50,967 bases of DNA from a bacterium (GCA_021789195.1 JAJYJU010000001.1:1-50967); one strand, 5' to 3'; positions 10,081 through 19,779 are shown, counted from the first letter of the stretch. Notes: a model not told the origin generated them from the sequence alone. Program-made: numbers and translations.

Positions 10081-10508
10081 GTAAAAAACATCCTAACCAT
10101 CATAAGTATCATCTTAGCGGCAATGAACCGCAAGACAGTGAAGCCTTAGTTGAAGTTCAAGAAGAACGTCCGGTATTACTTAAGCACTACATTATTGGAT
10201 TTATAAGTTCGCTGATTCTAACTTTGGTTGCCTATATCATAACCATTAATCATGTAGCAGATAGAAATATTCTATTTATTATTTTAGCTCTTTTGGCGCT
10301 TGGTCAGTTTTTGCTGCAAATGTTTTACTTCTTGCATGTAGGAAGAGAGTTTTCGCCTAAGTTTAAGCTATTAATGGCCAGCTTTATGAGTTTAGTAGTT
10401 ATAATTTTAGTTGGCGGATCGCTTTGGATTATGTTTAATCTTAACGGTCGGGTGATGCCAACCCAAAGCCAAATGGTTAAATATATGAATTCACAGAATA
10501 GTTTATAA
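10077..10508 (+). CDS. cyoD: Cytochrome bo3 ubiquinol oxidase subunit IV
   Basis: YIIGFISSLILT, Q..YFLH, VGGSLWIMFNLN; ATGA overlap with cyoC. Confidence 0.93.
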   Translation: MSKKHPNHHKYHLSGNEPQDSEALVEVQEERPVLLKHYIIGFISSLILTLVAYIITINHVADRNILFIILALLALGQFLLQMFYFLHVGREFSPKFKLLMASFMSLVVIILVGGSLWIMFNLNGRVMPTQSQMVKYMNSQNSL

Positions 10509-11357
10509 ATGGAAAAGATAAAACAATACTATAGGTTAGCCAAGCCTGGTATGGTCTACGGTAATATAATTACTGCTATTGCTGGTTATTTCCTTGCTTC
10601 CAAACTTAACCTTAAACCTATTCAATTCATTGCTATGGTTCTCGGTATATCCTTTGTAATGGGTTCAGCTTGTGCAATTAATAATCTAATTGACCGTGAT
10701 ATTGATTCTGTCATGCAGCGCACTAAAAAACGACCGTCCGTTAATGGATCAATCAAACTTTCTTCAGGTGTAATATATGCCATTATTTTGACTATTTTAG
10801 GATTTAGCTTACTGTTTGCACTGGTTAATATCTTAACTGTTGCAATAGGACTAGTTGGTTTTATAGATTATGCTTTTGTCTATACACTTCTTAAACGCAA
10901 AACTTATCATGCTACTTTAATTGGTAGTATTGCCGGAGCTATGCCAATTATGGGAGGATATGTGGCGTTTTCTGACCATATAAGCATCACTGCTCTGATT
11001 GTTGGTTTAATGATGTTGTTTTGGCAAATGCCGCATTTTTATGCGATTGCATTATATAGGGAGGATGATTACAGAAAAGCGAACATTCCCTTGTTGCCGA
11101 TAGTAAAAAACCAATCTATAACAGCTAAATCAATGTTCGTGTATAACTTGTTATTTATTGCAGCCGCTTTAAGTCTGTATTTCTATGCTGCGTTAAATAT
11201 CTGGTACCTAATTGTGCTTGGGACCGCTTCGATAGTATACCTGGCATATAGCTATAAAGGGCTTAGAATTAAACACTACACCGTCTGGGCCAGGCAAAGT
11301 TTTAAGTATTCGTTACTTTTAGTACTAGTAATGTCAGTAGCTGTAGCTTTAGGCTAG
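10509..11357 (+). CDS. cyoE: Protoheme IX farnesyltransferase (heme o synthase)
   Basis: UbiA motif NNLIDRDIDSVMQRTKKRP, YTLLKR, GSIAGAMP, FWQMPHFYAIA. Confidence 0.95.
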   Translation: MEKIKQYYRLAKPGMVYGNIITAIAGYFLASKLNLKPIQFIAMVLGISFVMGSACAINNLIDRDIDSVMQRTKKRPSVNGSIKLSSGVIYAIILTILGFSLLFALVNILTVAIGLVGFIDYAFVYTLLKRKTYHATLIGSIAGAMPIMGGYVAFSDHISITALIVGLMMLFWQMPHFYAIALYREDDYRKANIPLLPIVKNQSITAKSMFVYNLLFIAAALSLYFYAALNIWYLIVLGTASIVYLAYSYKGLRIKHYTVWARQSFKYSLLLVLVMSVAVALG

Positions 11358-12358
11358 ATAGCCGGCCAGTCGACTCTTACGGTTGTGCCTTTGTTGGGCG
11401 CACTGGTAATAATAATGTTGGCTTTATGAATGTCGGCGATCAGTTTGGCAATTGATAATCCCAGGCCAAAACCGCCATCACCGCTGCGTGAAGCATCACC
11501 TCTATAAAAACGGTCAAATATATGATCCAGATTATCTTCAGATATGCCACTCCCCTGGTCGATAATGCTAATTGAGTTTAAACCGTTTGCGTTAGCTAAG
11601 TTTAAATTGATCCTAGTCTTATTAGGGCTGTATTTTATTGCGTTATCTAAGAATATGACAATCATTTGCACAATGTTGTCGCTATCCCCTTTGATTTTAA
11701 GCTCGCTCGTGCCGGGTTTGTTAATTTTGAGAGTAATCTTTTTAGCATCGGCTTGAGCTTTAACTAACATAACAGCTTCATTAGTCAGTTTGTTCAAGCT
11801 AACGATTTTAAATTGGGCTTGTAGGTCTTTTGCTTCTAATAATGATAGTTTCATTAAGTTATTAATTAGAGATTCAAGCTTGGTTGCTTCTTCAATATTG
11901 CTGTTAATGACTCGTCTAAGTTCAGATGCTTCCAGCTTCTTATCCATAAGAGCTACTTCTGATTCCATCCGTAGGGCAGTTAAAGGTGTTCTTAGCTCAT
12001 GGCTTACATCAGCTACGAAGCGGACTTGTTGTTCATGAGTTTCTTCAATTGGCTTTAGGGTTTCACGAGCTAAGACGTAGCTTATTATTCCACCACCTAC
12101 CAATACGATTAGATTTGTTAGAATAAGCTCATCAAGCAGGTGTGTTTTACCGGCATCAAGAGATACAATGTCCGGCTGACCGAAACGGGTGCCACTAAAA
12201 ATTGGGAATGCGGTGGACAATTCCCTGGACTCTCTACCTAAGACAAAGGACAAATTATCCGATCCGACCCTGTAAACGACTGATGAAAACAGCAAGCTAA
12301 TAATTAAAAGCACTCCAAGGTATGACAAAGTTAATTTAAATGTAGCGCTCTTAAACAT
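11354..12358 (-). CDS. Membrane sensor histidine kinase (2 TM, short external loop)
   Basis: H box FVADVSHELRTPL, N box DNAIKYS, DQGSGI, IFDRFYR, GFGLGLSI. Confidence 0.92.
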   Translation of the reverse strand: MFKSATFKLTLSYLGVLLIISLLFSSVVYRVGSDNLSFVLGRESRELSTAFPIFSGTRFGQPDIVSLDAGKTHLLDELILTNLIVLVGGGIISYVLARETLKPIEETHEQQVRFVADVSHELRTPLTALRMESEVALMDKKLEASELRRVINSNIEEATKLESLINNLMKLSLLEAKDLQAQFKIVSLNKLTNEAVMLVKAQADAKKITLKINKPGTSELKIKGDSDNIVQMIVIFLDNAIKYSPNKTRINLNLANANGLNSISIIDQGSGISEDNLDHIFDRFYRGDASRSGDGGFGLGLSIAKLIADIHKANIIITSAPNKGTTVRVDWPAI

Positions 12359-12373
12359 GATTTTTAGTTTAGA

Positions 12374-13054
12374 TTAACTGCGACTTAGCTTATAGCCAAA
12401 GCCTCTTACGGTATTGATTAAGGCCGGACGATTTGGAAAGGCCCGGTCAATCTTGGCTCTTAGATAACCTATATATACCTCTACCGTATTGGGCATTACT
12501 ATAGCATCTTCATTCCAGACATGGTTAATAATCATGTCTTTAGTTAAAATTTGCTCAGCGTGTCTTATGAAATAATCTAAAAGAGCGAACTCCTTATTAG
12601 ACAGTTTTATAGACTTGCCTGCTCGTTTAACTTCATACTTTGCAGGGTCGAGCGATAAGTCTTCGTATTTTAAAACAGCCGAGTTTGGGATTGGCGGACG
12701 TCTCATTAGAGCCTGCATCCGGGCAACTAATTCTGAGAAAGAAAAAGGTTTAACTAAATAATCATCTACGCCGGCATTTAATCCTTCTACTTTGTCGGCA
12801 ATGCTTCCCCTGGCAGTGAGAATTAAAATAGGCGCTTTTTGGCCTTCTGATCTAACTTTTCTTGCTATGTCTAGACCATCTTTATTGCCAGGTAACATGC
12901 GGTCTAAGATAATAATGTCGTAGTCTGGATCGATTGCGTAACTAAGCCCACTGTCTGCGTCTGCTACGGTATCTACGGCGTAGCCTTTTAGCTCTAGCCC
13001 CCGCTTAACCGCACTTGCTATTTTCTCTTCGTCTTCAACTAATAAAACGCGCAT
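12374..13054 (-). CDS. OmpR/PhoB-family response regulator
   Basis: LLVEDE, ILDRMLP, LTA, YLVKPF; winged-helix EVYIGYLRAKID...TVRGFGY. Confidence 0.95.
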   Translation of the reverse strand: MRVLLVEDEEKIASAVKRGLELKGYAVDTVADADSGLSYAIDPDYDIIILDRMLPGNKDGLDIARKVRSEGQKAPILILTARGSIADKVEGLNAGVDDYLVKPFSFSELVARMQALMRRPPIPNSAVLKYEDLSLDPAKYEVKRAGKSIKLSNKEFALLDYFIRHAEQILTKDMIINHVWNEDAIVMPNTVEVYIGYLRAKIDRAFPNRPALINTVRGFGYKLSRS

Positions 13055-13141
13055 ATTTATATGGCTTTAACTGTTAAGTAAAGCTCCTGTTTATAACTGT
13101 TAGTATATGACAATGCTTGAAAAATAGCTGTATACAGCGGA

Positions 13142-14035
13142 TTAGGTAATTTTCTTATTAGCTTTAAAGCGGTTGTTGGCATGTGTACTTATCATGACTA
13201 TAAATAGCCCGACTATAAAGACCAAAAATACTCCCCGGTCGATTATGTTAGCAGCTACTATCTGTGAGTTAGTAAAGCCGTGCATACGTTTTGATACAGA
13301 CAAGAAGGCTTCCCTGAAACCAATTGCCCCTGGAGTTATAGCCGTAAAAATGGAAAAGTTAGCTGCCCCGGTGTAGCTGATGGCGCGCAGTGGGTTTAAA
13401 TTGCCGGTTACTTGGTTTAGCTCAATGTAGTAAATGAGTGCCTGCAAGCTTACTTGAGCGATAGTAAATAGTACTAGTTTGTAGAGTTTTGCTCGGCTTA
13501 GGTCTAATTTAATTGGCTTGTTTAGTCGTTTAAAATGTTTTAAAGCCAATTTTATGACAAGGTAAGAAAATAGGGCGACGGCCACGGCCATGGGCAAAAT
13601 TAACCAAAAGTAATGCTTGGGAGTAAAAACCAATATGATGCTTATTACAGCGTAAATGGCGTAATAAATTAGAAAAGCTATTATGTATGAAGATACTGAA
13701 ACTTTGTGTTTGCGCTTTAAATAACCGGCCCGGACAGCTATGCCGCCTTGCAATGGCATAAAGAAGTTAGTGAGTGTTGAGTATATGCTTAAAAGTAAGT
13801 TCTCTTTTGGTTTTAGTTTGTCGGAGCAAAGATGAAGGATTGCATTATATAGAGTCATTAAAACTAAAAGCATTAGTCCGTAACAGGCTAAAAGAATTAT
13901 AAGCAGCCATACGTTAATGTGTTTCAGTTCAGATACTATTGCCTGATGGCTATTTATGTAATACCCAAACATTCCCAGGATTAATGCAAAAAATATATAT
14001 CCGGCAATAAGTTTAGTTCGTTTGGAAATCTTCAT
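13142..14035 (-). CDS. Lysylphosphatidylglycerol synthase TM-domain (MprF flippase-like, UPF0104) protein
   Basis: About 7-8 TM helices, N.F.P..GG..VR..YL and TPGAIGFRE...IDR motifs. Confidence 0.75.
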   Translation of the reverse strand: MKISKRTKLIAGYIFFALILGMFGYYINSHQAIVSELKHINVWLLIILLACYGLMLLVLMTLYNAILHLCSDKLKPKENLLLSIYSTLTNFFMPLQGGIAVRAGYLKRKHKVSVSSYIIAFLIYYAIYAVISIILVFTPKHYFWLILPMAVAVALFSYLVIKLALKHFKRLNKPIKLDLSRAKLYKLVLFTIAQVSLQALIYYIELNQVTGNLNPLRAISYTGAANFSIFTAITPGAIGFREAFLSVSKRMHGFTNSQIVAANIIDRGVFLVFIVGLFIVMISTHANNRFKANKKIT

Positions 14036-14127
14036 CGTAAACTACTATACCCTACTTATATAGACAACAAATAAAATTGTTATGGTAGCTATAGGCAATA
14101 AGCCAGTGTAAAATTAGAGGTACAGAT

Positions 14128-14826
14128 ATGGCACGAGATATCTACGCCAAATCGATGGAGAACTTTATTGGCAAGTTTCCAACCAAAACTTTCCATAAAG
14201 GCGAAATTATAATTTTCCAAGGCGAGTCTCCGCGTGGAACGTATGTAGTTAAAAGTGGCGTCGTAAAAGCATATAACCTCAGTATTCACGGAGATGAAAA
14301 ACCAGTTGGTTTTTATAACGAGGGCGAAAGTTTTCCAGGTAGCTGGACTTATGAAAGAGTACCGAGTTCTATTTATTATTATGAAGCGTTTACGAACGAA
14401 TGTGTCCTATATTTAGTACCGAGAAATGAATTCCTGGTATTTGTTAGAACACATCCTTTCATGGCTCTAGCGGAACTTGATCATTACGTTAAGCACACAA
14501 TTAGTTTGTCGATGCAACTTAATGCGCTTCAACACTCTAGGGCAAATGAAAAATTAATGTATACCCTGCACTACCTTGCTTTAACTTATGGCAAGCCGCT
14601 AAAAGATCGTCAGCGGGAGATAGAATTACATTTGACGCATCAAGACTTTGCTAATTTAACAGGACTTACAAGAGAAACTGCTGCAACAGAGCTAAACAAA
14701 TTAAAGCATCTAGGCGTAATTAATTACGCTAACAACATGCCATATGTGGTAGATTTAGATCAATTGCAGAAAATCTTAAAAGACCAATACATTTCCGAAC
14801 TAGATTCTGAGTACACTAACGATTAA
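14128..14826 (+). CDS. Crp/Fnr family transcriptional regulator
   Basis: cNMP-binding fold (KGEIIIFQGE, YVVKSGVVK) and HTH LTHQDFANLTGLTRETAATELNKL; no FNR Cys cluster. Confidence 0.92.
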   Translation: MARDIYAKSMENFIGKFPTKTFHKGEIIIFQGESPRGTYVVKSGVVKAYNLSIHGDEKPVGFYNEGESFPGSWTYERVPSSIYYYEAFTNECVLYLVPRNEFLVFVRTHPFMALAELDHYVKHTISLSMQLNALQHSRANEKLMYTLHYLALTYGKPLKDRQREIELHLTHQDFANLTGLTRETAATELNKLKHLGVINYANNMPYVVDLDQLQKILKDQYISELDSEYTND

Positions 14827-15223
14827 TAGGTTGTTTGATCTTGGCTTTAGCTTTATTAGACTCTTCTAGAACATCATTAACTACTTTTGTTAGATTCTGA
14901 GGTGCCGTCCAGGATTTTATAATGCATCTTGACGCGCCTAGATCGTAAGCCTGTGTAACTTCAGGCGAATTTTCCATATTAGTAAAAATTAATACCTTGA
15001 CGTCTTTATGCTTTTTAAGCTGGTACTTTTGGAGTAGTTCAAGCCCGCCCATTACCGGCATTAACAAATCAAGAAGGATTAAATCTGGAGTGTAGTCGTT
15101 TAGAATCTTCAGTGCTTCAACACCGTTTAAAGCGGTTTTTACTTTATGCTTGGCACTTTCTAAGATCAACTTATATGCAGCGTTTAAATCACGGTCATCT
15201 TCGACTACAAGTATATCAGCCAT
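14816..15223 (-). CDS. Single-domain response regulator (CheY-like receiver)
   Basis: LVVEDD, LLDLLMP.MGG, FTN, IIKS; no output domain. Confidence 0.9.
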   Translation of the reverse strand: MADILVVEDDRDLNAAYKLILESAKHKVKTALNGVEALKILNDYTPDLILLDLLMPVMGGLELLQKYQLKKHKDVKVLIFTNMENSPEVTQAYDLGASRCIIKSWTAPQNLTKVVNDVLEESNKAKAKIKQPINR

Positions 15224-15253
15224 ATTGTTTATCTAGTCTCCCTACAATACATA

Positions 15254-16423
15254 TTATGCCACAGTCTTTCTTACTTTAGCTGTCACATTCTTCACTTTTC
15301 GTGGGCTAATGTGTTTAAGTGTGCTCGTGTTAGATGCTTTGGTCGGAAAAGACAAATAAAAAGTAGTTCCCTTACCTTCTTGACTCTCAAACCAAACTTC
15401 TCCACCGAGTTCATTCATTAATCCCTTGACCAGGTAGAGACCGAGACCAATACCGGACGCTTCATTTTTAATGACGTTTTCAGCTCTGAAGAATTTGCTA
15501 AAAACGTTTAAATGCGAATCTATTGGTATGCCAACGCCGGTATCTGACACACTTATGATCATGCGCGTTTTATCTCTTTTGGCGGATATAGTAATTTTGC
15601 CTTTCGACGGTGTGTACTTAATTGCATTAGAGACCAAGTTACCCAAAACTTCTTTTAAAACCATGCCGTCAGTTACTAAACGGAAACCATCAGACGGGCA
15701 GTTAACACTAAAGGTTATGTCTTTGTCTGATGCGGTGAGACGGTGATCGTCTATAACAGAGTTTATAATCTTTTGGGCTTGCAATGGCTTACGCTCGGCT
15801 ACTATAGTGCCACTTTCAATTCTAGATATGTTAAGTAGTGTTGAAACTGTTTCGTTCATTCTATTTACTGCAGTTAGGATTGTTTTTAAAGATTTAAGTT
15901 GGGATTGCGATAAAGGGCCCATCATTCCATCTATCAGCATATGGGTATATGTCTTTACAGCCGACAGAGGTGTGCGCAGTTGATGTGAAGCTAGAGATAT
16001 GAAGTCACTTTTCATTTTATCTATCTCATATTCAGAACTAATATCTCTAAGGATTTGAATACAGCCAACTAACTTCTTGTTTATGTTAATTGGCGAAATA
16101 GTGAGGGATAATCTAACTAAACTACCGTTCTTATGTTTGTAAATTACGTGCTCTGAAATTATCTGGCCGGTTACTAAGGCTCGAGTTAAAGGTCGTTCGG
16201 TAATTGGCATTTGAGCGCCGTTGCTATCGTAGGCTGTAAATAGCTTAGGAAACCAAATACCGACTACTTCTTTAGATGAGTAGCCAAGTAATTTTTCAGC
16301 TACCGGATTAATACGAGTTAATTTGCCGTATTCGTCGGTCGTGATTGCTCCGTCACCAATGCTATTAAATAGAACTTCAGTAATTATCTGTTGGCTTTCA
16401 GCTTGGCTTGTTTGATCAGACAT
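15254..16423 (-). CDS. Soluble PAS-domain histidine kinase (WalK-like)
   Basis: PAS (SIGDGAITTD..G.LTRINP.AE.LLG), SLASHQLRTPL, NLVSNAIKYT, SDTGVGI, GIGLGL. ATG at 16423 chosen because TATAAT lies 7 nt upstream and the longer ORF fills the divergent promoter region. Confidence 0.9.
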   Translation of the reverse strand: MSDQTSQAESQQIITEVLFNSIGDGAITTDEYGKLTRINPVAEKLLGYSSKEVVGIWFPKLFTAYDSNGAQMPITERPLTRALVTGQIISEHVIYKHKNGSLVRLSLTISPININKKLVGCIQILRDISSEYEIDKMKSDFISLASHQLRTPLSAVKTYTHMLIDGMMGPLSQSQLKSLKTILTAVNRMNETVSTLLNISRIESGTIVAERKPLQAQKIINSVIDDHRLTASDKDITFSVNCPSDGFRLVTDGMVLKEVLGNLVSNAIKYTPSKGKITISAKRDKTRMIISVSDTGVGIPIDSHLNVFSKFFRAENVIKNEASGIGLGLYLVKGLMNELGGEVWFESQEGKGTTFYLSFPTKASNTSTLKHISPRKVKNVTAKVRKTVA

Positions 16424-16515
16424 CGATTTAATTATATGACCCATTAAATGTGATTTTGTGCATAAAATCTTACTGCGTGTCATAATGCAATACAAGAGCT
16501 GTATAAAATCTAATT

Positions 16516-17505
16516 ATGAGCGAATTAAAACACAAATTTAGTCTTGGTCGTCACTCAAAGACCGCTAAGCGATCAGTGGTATTAATGATATTAGGTTTAG
16601 TTGTGTTGTATGGTGTTATGCCGAACTTGCACTCATTGTTTGGATTAAATCTCTATCTTAAGTTCCCAAAAAGATGGGAATTTTTGCTATTTGCCGTTTT
16701 AAGCTATTACTTAACTTACATTTTCTCATCGATTAGCTATAGATTGTTGGCAATTAGAAAACTTAATTTGGCCAGATTAGCGCTCGTACAGCTTGCAAGC
16801 TCAACACTAAATCTGTTGTTGCCAGCCGGTATAGGTAATATTAGTATCAACTACCTTTATTTAAGAACCCATCAATTAGCAAAAACTACTGCCGGTTTAG
16901 TAATTGGCATCAATAACGGTCTTGGCGTAGTTGGTAACGTATCGTTACTTGCCCTATGGCTGTCGTTGTACGGAGTTAATAACAGCTTGATACATATAGT
17001 AGATAAACACTATAAGACACTGATAATAATTGGAACACTGGCAGTATTAGTAATTGTAATATTAGTTTTGTTCTTAAGTAGTGCTGTCACAATCGCTAAG
17101 AACTTAAGGCGCAACATTGCTGCCGTGCTGGTTAGATATACCGAGTATAAGCGATGGCATAGGTTGGTTGGCGCTTATTTATGTGCCATTGGCCAGGCTA
17201 GCGTTACAGCTTTGGCATTTTGGTTTGCTCTAAAGGCATTTAATATTAACTTAGCCTATCCGCTCGTATATTTAATCTACTCGCTCAGTGCGCTGGTTGG
17301 AGGGTTCTTCCCTACTCCGGGTGGTTTAGGAGGAGTTGAAGCTAGTTTAGCGGCAGGAGTTATAGCAGTGCACGGCGCCGATACATCTATTGCGTTAAGT
17401 GCAGTACTCGGCTATAGATTTGTTACTTATTGGTTACCGGCTTTAACTGGATCAATAGCTTTGTTTATTGTTCAGAAAACTAAGATGATCGAGTGGAACA
17501 GTTAG
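16516..17505 (+). CDS. Lysylphosphatidylglycerol synthase TM-domain (MprF flippase-like) protein
   Basis: NLLLPAGIG, PTPGGLGGVEA, YRFVTYWLP, hallmark motifs of LPG_synthase_TM/UPF0104. Confidence 0.85.
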   Translation: MSELKHKFSLGRHSKTAKRSVVLMILGLVVLYGVMPNLHSLFGLNLYLKFPKRWEFLLFAVLSYYLTYIFSSISYRLLAIRKLNLARLALVQLASSTLNLLLPAGIGNISINYLYLRTHQLAKTTAGLVIGINNGLGVVGNVSLLALWLSLYGVNNSLIHIVDKHYKTLIIIGTLAVLVIVILVLFLSSAVTIAKNLRRNIAAVLVRYTEYKRWHRLVGAYLCAIGQASVTALAFWFALKAFNINLAYPLVYLIYSLSALVGGFFPTPGGLGGVEASLAAGVIAVHGADTSIALSAVLGYRFVTYWLPALTGSIALFIVQKTKMIEWNS

Positions 17506-17571
17506 AATTTTAACTGGTAATTTAGCCTTACTCGTGCCTATATTTAGCTAATGTAGCATTAGAGGATAAGG

Positions 17572-19779
17572 GTGATGGTAAGCTTCCAAATTATTCCGCC
17601 GGCTATAGATAACAAAGATGAATTACCATTATCTTTGGTTGATTTTTATAAAGTCTTAGGCGGCATATTCTATCCAAAAGCTAAATATAAAAAAACAGTT
17701 GTACTTGAGGCTATATTTAGTGCAAAGCAAGGAACTTCATTTATTATCAGCGTACCTGACCCGGTTGCAGATTTAATCCATAGTCAGCTAAGCAATTTAT
17801 CTAACAAAATATTTATCAAGAGAGTCGATACTGCTAGTTTAATTAAGAATAATTTAAGAAACAATATAACTGTCAGAACCTGGCGTCCGTCGTCTAAGTT
17901 GAACCACTTAAATTATAAGAAAAGCTTAGTTGATACACTTGCCGCTAATTTACACGGGCTTAAAGGTAATGAGGTTATCGGTTGGCAAGTTTATGTCAGC
18001 CCGAAAAGTAATTTATCAATTAAATCAGTTACTAAAAGCATTGCTAAGTCAATTTATCAAAGTGCAAAGATGGCTATTAATTTATTGATTGAACTGACTG
18101 AATCAGACCCGCATCTAGCTAAACAGCGCGCGCTTAATCGAAAGATGGCCTATTCTAGTCAATCTGGCCATATTGTCCGAGAACCTGAATTTGCGGTTCG
18201 ACTTAGATCGATTGTCATAGCAGGATCTAAGCAGCGCTTTAATAAACTTAATATGGCTGTTGAAGTAGCGGCCAAAACGCATGGACTAATCTATAATCGT
18301 TTTGTTAATTCTTTGTTCTTGGCCGATGAATATATTAATCGGACTTCATCTGGTCCTTCTTTTTATATTGAGTCTAAGCTGCTTAAACAGCTATTTAATA
18401 TTCCCCAAAGTAATGGGAGATGGAAAGAACATGGCAAACTAAATTATTCTAAGCAATTACCGCTAGGTTATTTAGATCAGAATAAGCCAGATGTTATCTA
18501 CGGTCTTAATGAAGATAAAGCCATCGGACTTAGTCAGAAGCAACGTCAGCTCCATTCATTGATTATCGGCGGGACTGGCATGGGTAAATCTACTCTACTA
18601 GGGTATAGCTTTATACAAGACGTTGTTAACGGGAACGGGGTGGCGTTAATTGATCCGCATGGCGACTTAGCCGAGCAGATGCTTAGGTACATACCGCCGA
18701 ATAGGGTTAAAGACGTCATTTATATTAACCCATCCAAACTTAGTAATCCGATTGCTATAAATCTATTAGAGTTACCTAGTACTTTAACGAGCAAGGATGA
18801 TTTAGACCTCGCAAAAGACTTTATTGCCGAATCAATTATCTCTATCTTTAGAAAGGTCTTCTCATTTGATGACAGCGGTGGACATAGAATTGAATATATA
18901 CTTAGGAATGCTATATATACCGCTTTTAGCGTACCTAACGCCACAATATTTACTCTTCATAAATTATTGACTAACGATATTTACAGGGCTGGTGTTGTAG
19001 CAAGACTGGATGATGAGCCTCTAAGAAACTTTTGGTATGGCGAGTTCTCAAAAGCGGGCAGTTACCAAAAAGTCAAAATGATTAGTGGTGTTACAGCAAA
19101 ACTTGGCAGATTCGAAAGATCGCAAGCTATATCCGGGATGTTTAATAAAGCTAAATCTACAATTAATTTTGATAGTTTAATAAATGATAAGAAGATAATA
19201 GTCTGTAATTTTGCAAAAGGGTCACTTGGCGAAGACAGTTCTTCTTTACTGGGAATGGTAGTGCTTTCCAAGTTGCAACTCGCAGCACTGAGTAGAACTA
19301 GGCAACCGAGTTCTAAAAGAATACCTTTCTATTTATATGTTGATGAGTTTGAGCTATTTAACTCGCCTATATTTGCCCAGTTAATTAGCGAAGCAAGAAA
19401 GTTTAGATTATTCCTAACCTTAGCTGAGCAAACTACGGCATATCAAGAAGAGAGAGATTGCAATATATTACTGGCTAACGTCGGCAACTTAATCACATTT
19501 AGAACGGCTGCCTCGATTGATATTAAACGTTTAGCGCCATTATTTTCTCCTTATGTAGCAGATACAGATTTAGCTAACCTCGAACCTTATACTTTTTACT
19601 TAAAAGTGTCCGGAGAAGCAGCTAGTCGTCCACTGTCCGCAAAAACCATTAAACTTGTTGGCAGTGGCAGCTTAAAGGTTGCAAATAAAGTCAGGAGCGA
19701 AAGTAGCCATAATTATTCGTATAGTTTTAATATGATTAACAAAGAAATACACCATAAGATACCATTAACTAAAAGCTAA
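17572..19779 (+). CDS. VirD4/TraG/HerA-like P-loop ATPase (DUF87-like) with divergent N-terminal region
   Basis: H.LIIGGTGMGKST, LIDPHGDL, FYLYVDEF, SEARKF, NVGNLITFR. Start may be the ATG at 17575. Confidence 0.8.
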   Translation: MMVSFQIIPPAIDNKDELPLSLVDFYKVLGGIFYPKAKYKKTVVLEAIFSAKQGTSFIISVPDPVADLIHSQLSNLSNKIFIKRVDTASLIKNNLRNNITVRTWRPSSKLNHLNYKKSLVDTLAANLHGLKGNEVIGWQVYVSPKSNLSIKSVTKSIAKSIYQSAKMAINLLIELTESDPHLAKQRALNRKMAYSSQSGHIVREPEFAVRLRSIVIAGSKQRFNKLNMAVEVAAKTHGLIYNRFVNSLFLADEYINRTSSGPSFYIESKLLKQLFNIPQSNGRWKEHGKLNYSKQLPLGYLDQNKPDVIYGLNEDKAIGLSQKQRQLHSLIIGGTGMGKSTLLGYSFIQDVVNGNGVALIDPHGDLAEQMLRYIPPNRVKDVIYINPSKLSNPIAINLLELPSTLTSKDDLDLAKDFIAESIISIFRKVFSFDDSGGHRIEYILRNAIYTAFSVPNATIFTLHKLLTNDIYRAGVVARLDDEPLRNFWYGEFSKAGSYQKVKMISGVTAKLGRFERSQAISGMFNKAKSTINFDSLINDKKIIVCNFAKGSLGEDSSSLLGMVVLSKLQLAALSRTRQPSSKRIPFYLYVDEFELFNSPIFAQLISEARKFRLFLTLAEQTTAYQEERDCNILLANVGNLITFRTAASIDIKRLAPLFSPYVADTDLANLEPYTFYLKVSGEAASRPLSAKTIKLVGSGSLKVANKVRSESSHNYSYSFNMINKEIHHKIPLTKS

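Noticed and set aside
14066..14081. AACAA-N6-TTGTT inverted repeat upstream of crp/fnr
   Set aside because: Only 5-bp AT-rich arms, matching neither the CRP nor the FNR consensus.
14128..14826. True O2-sensing FNR
   Set aside because: It has only one Cys, so no [4Fe-4S] ligand set; the effector is unknown.
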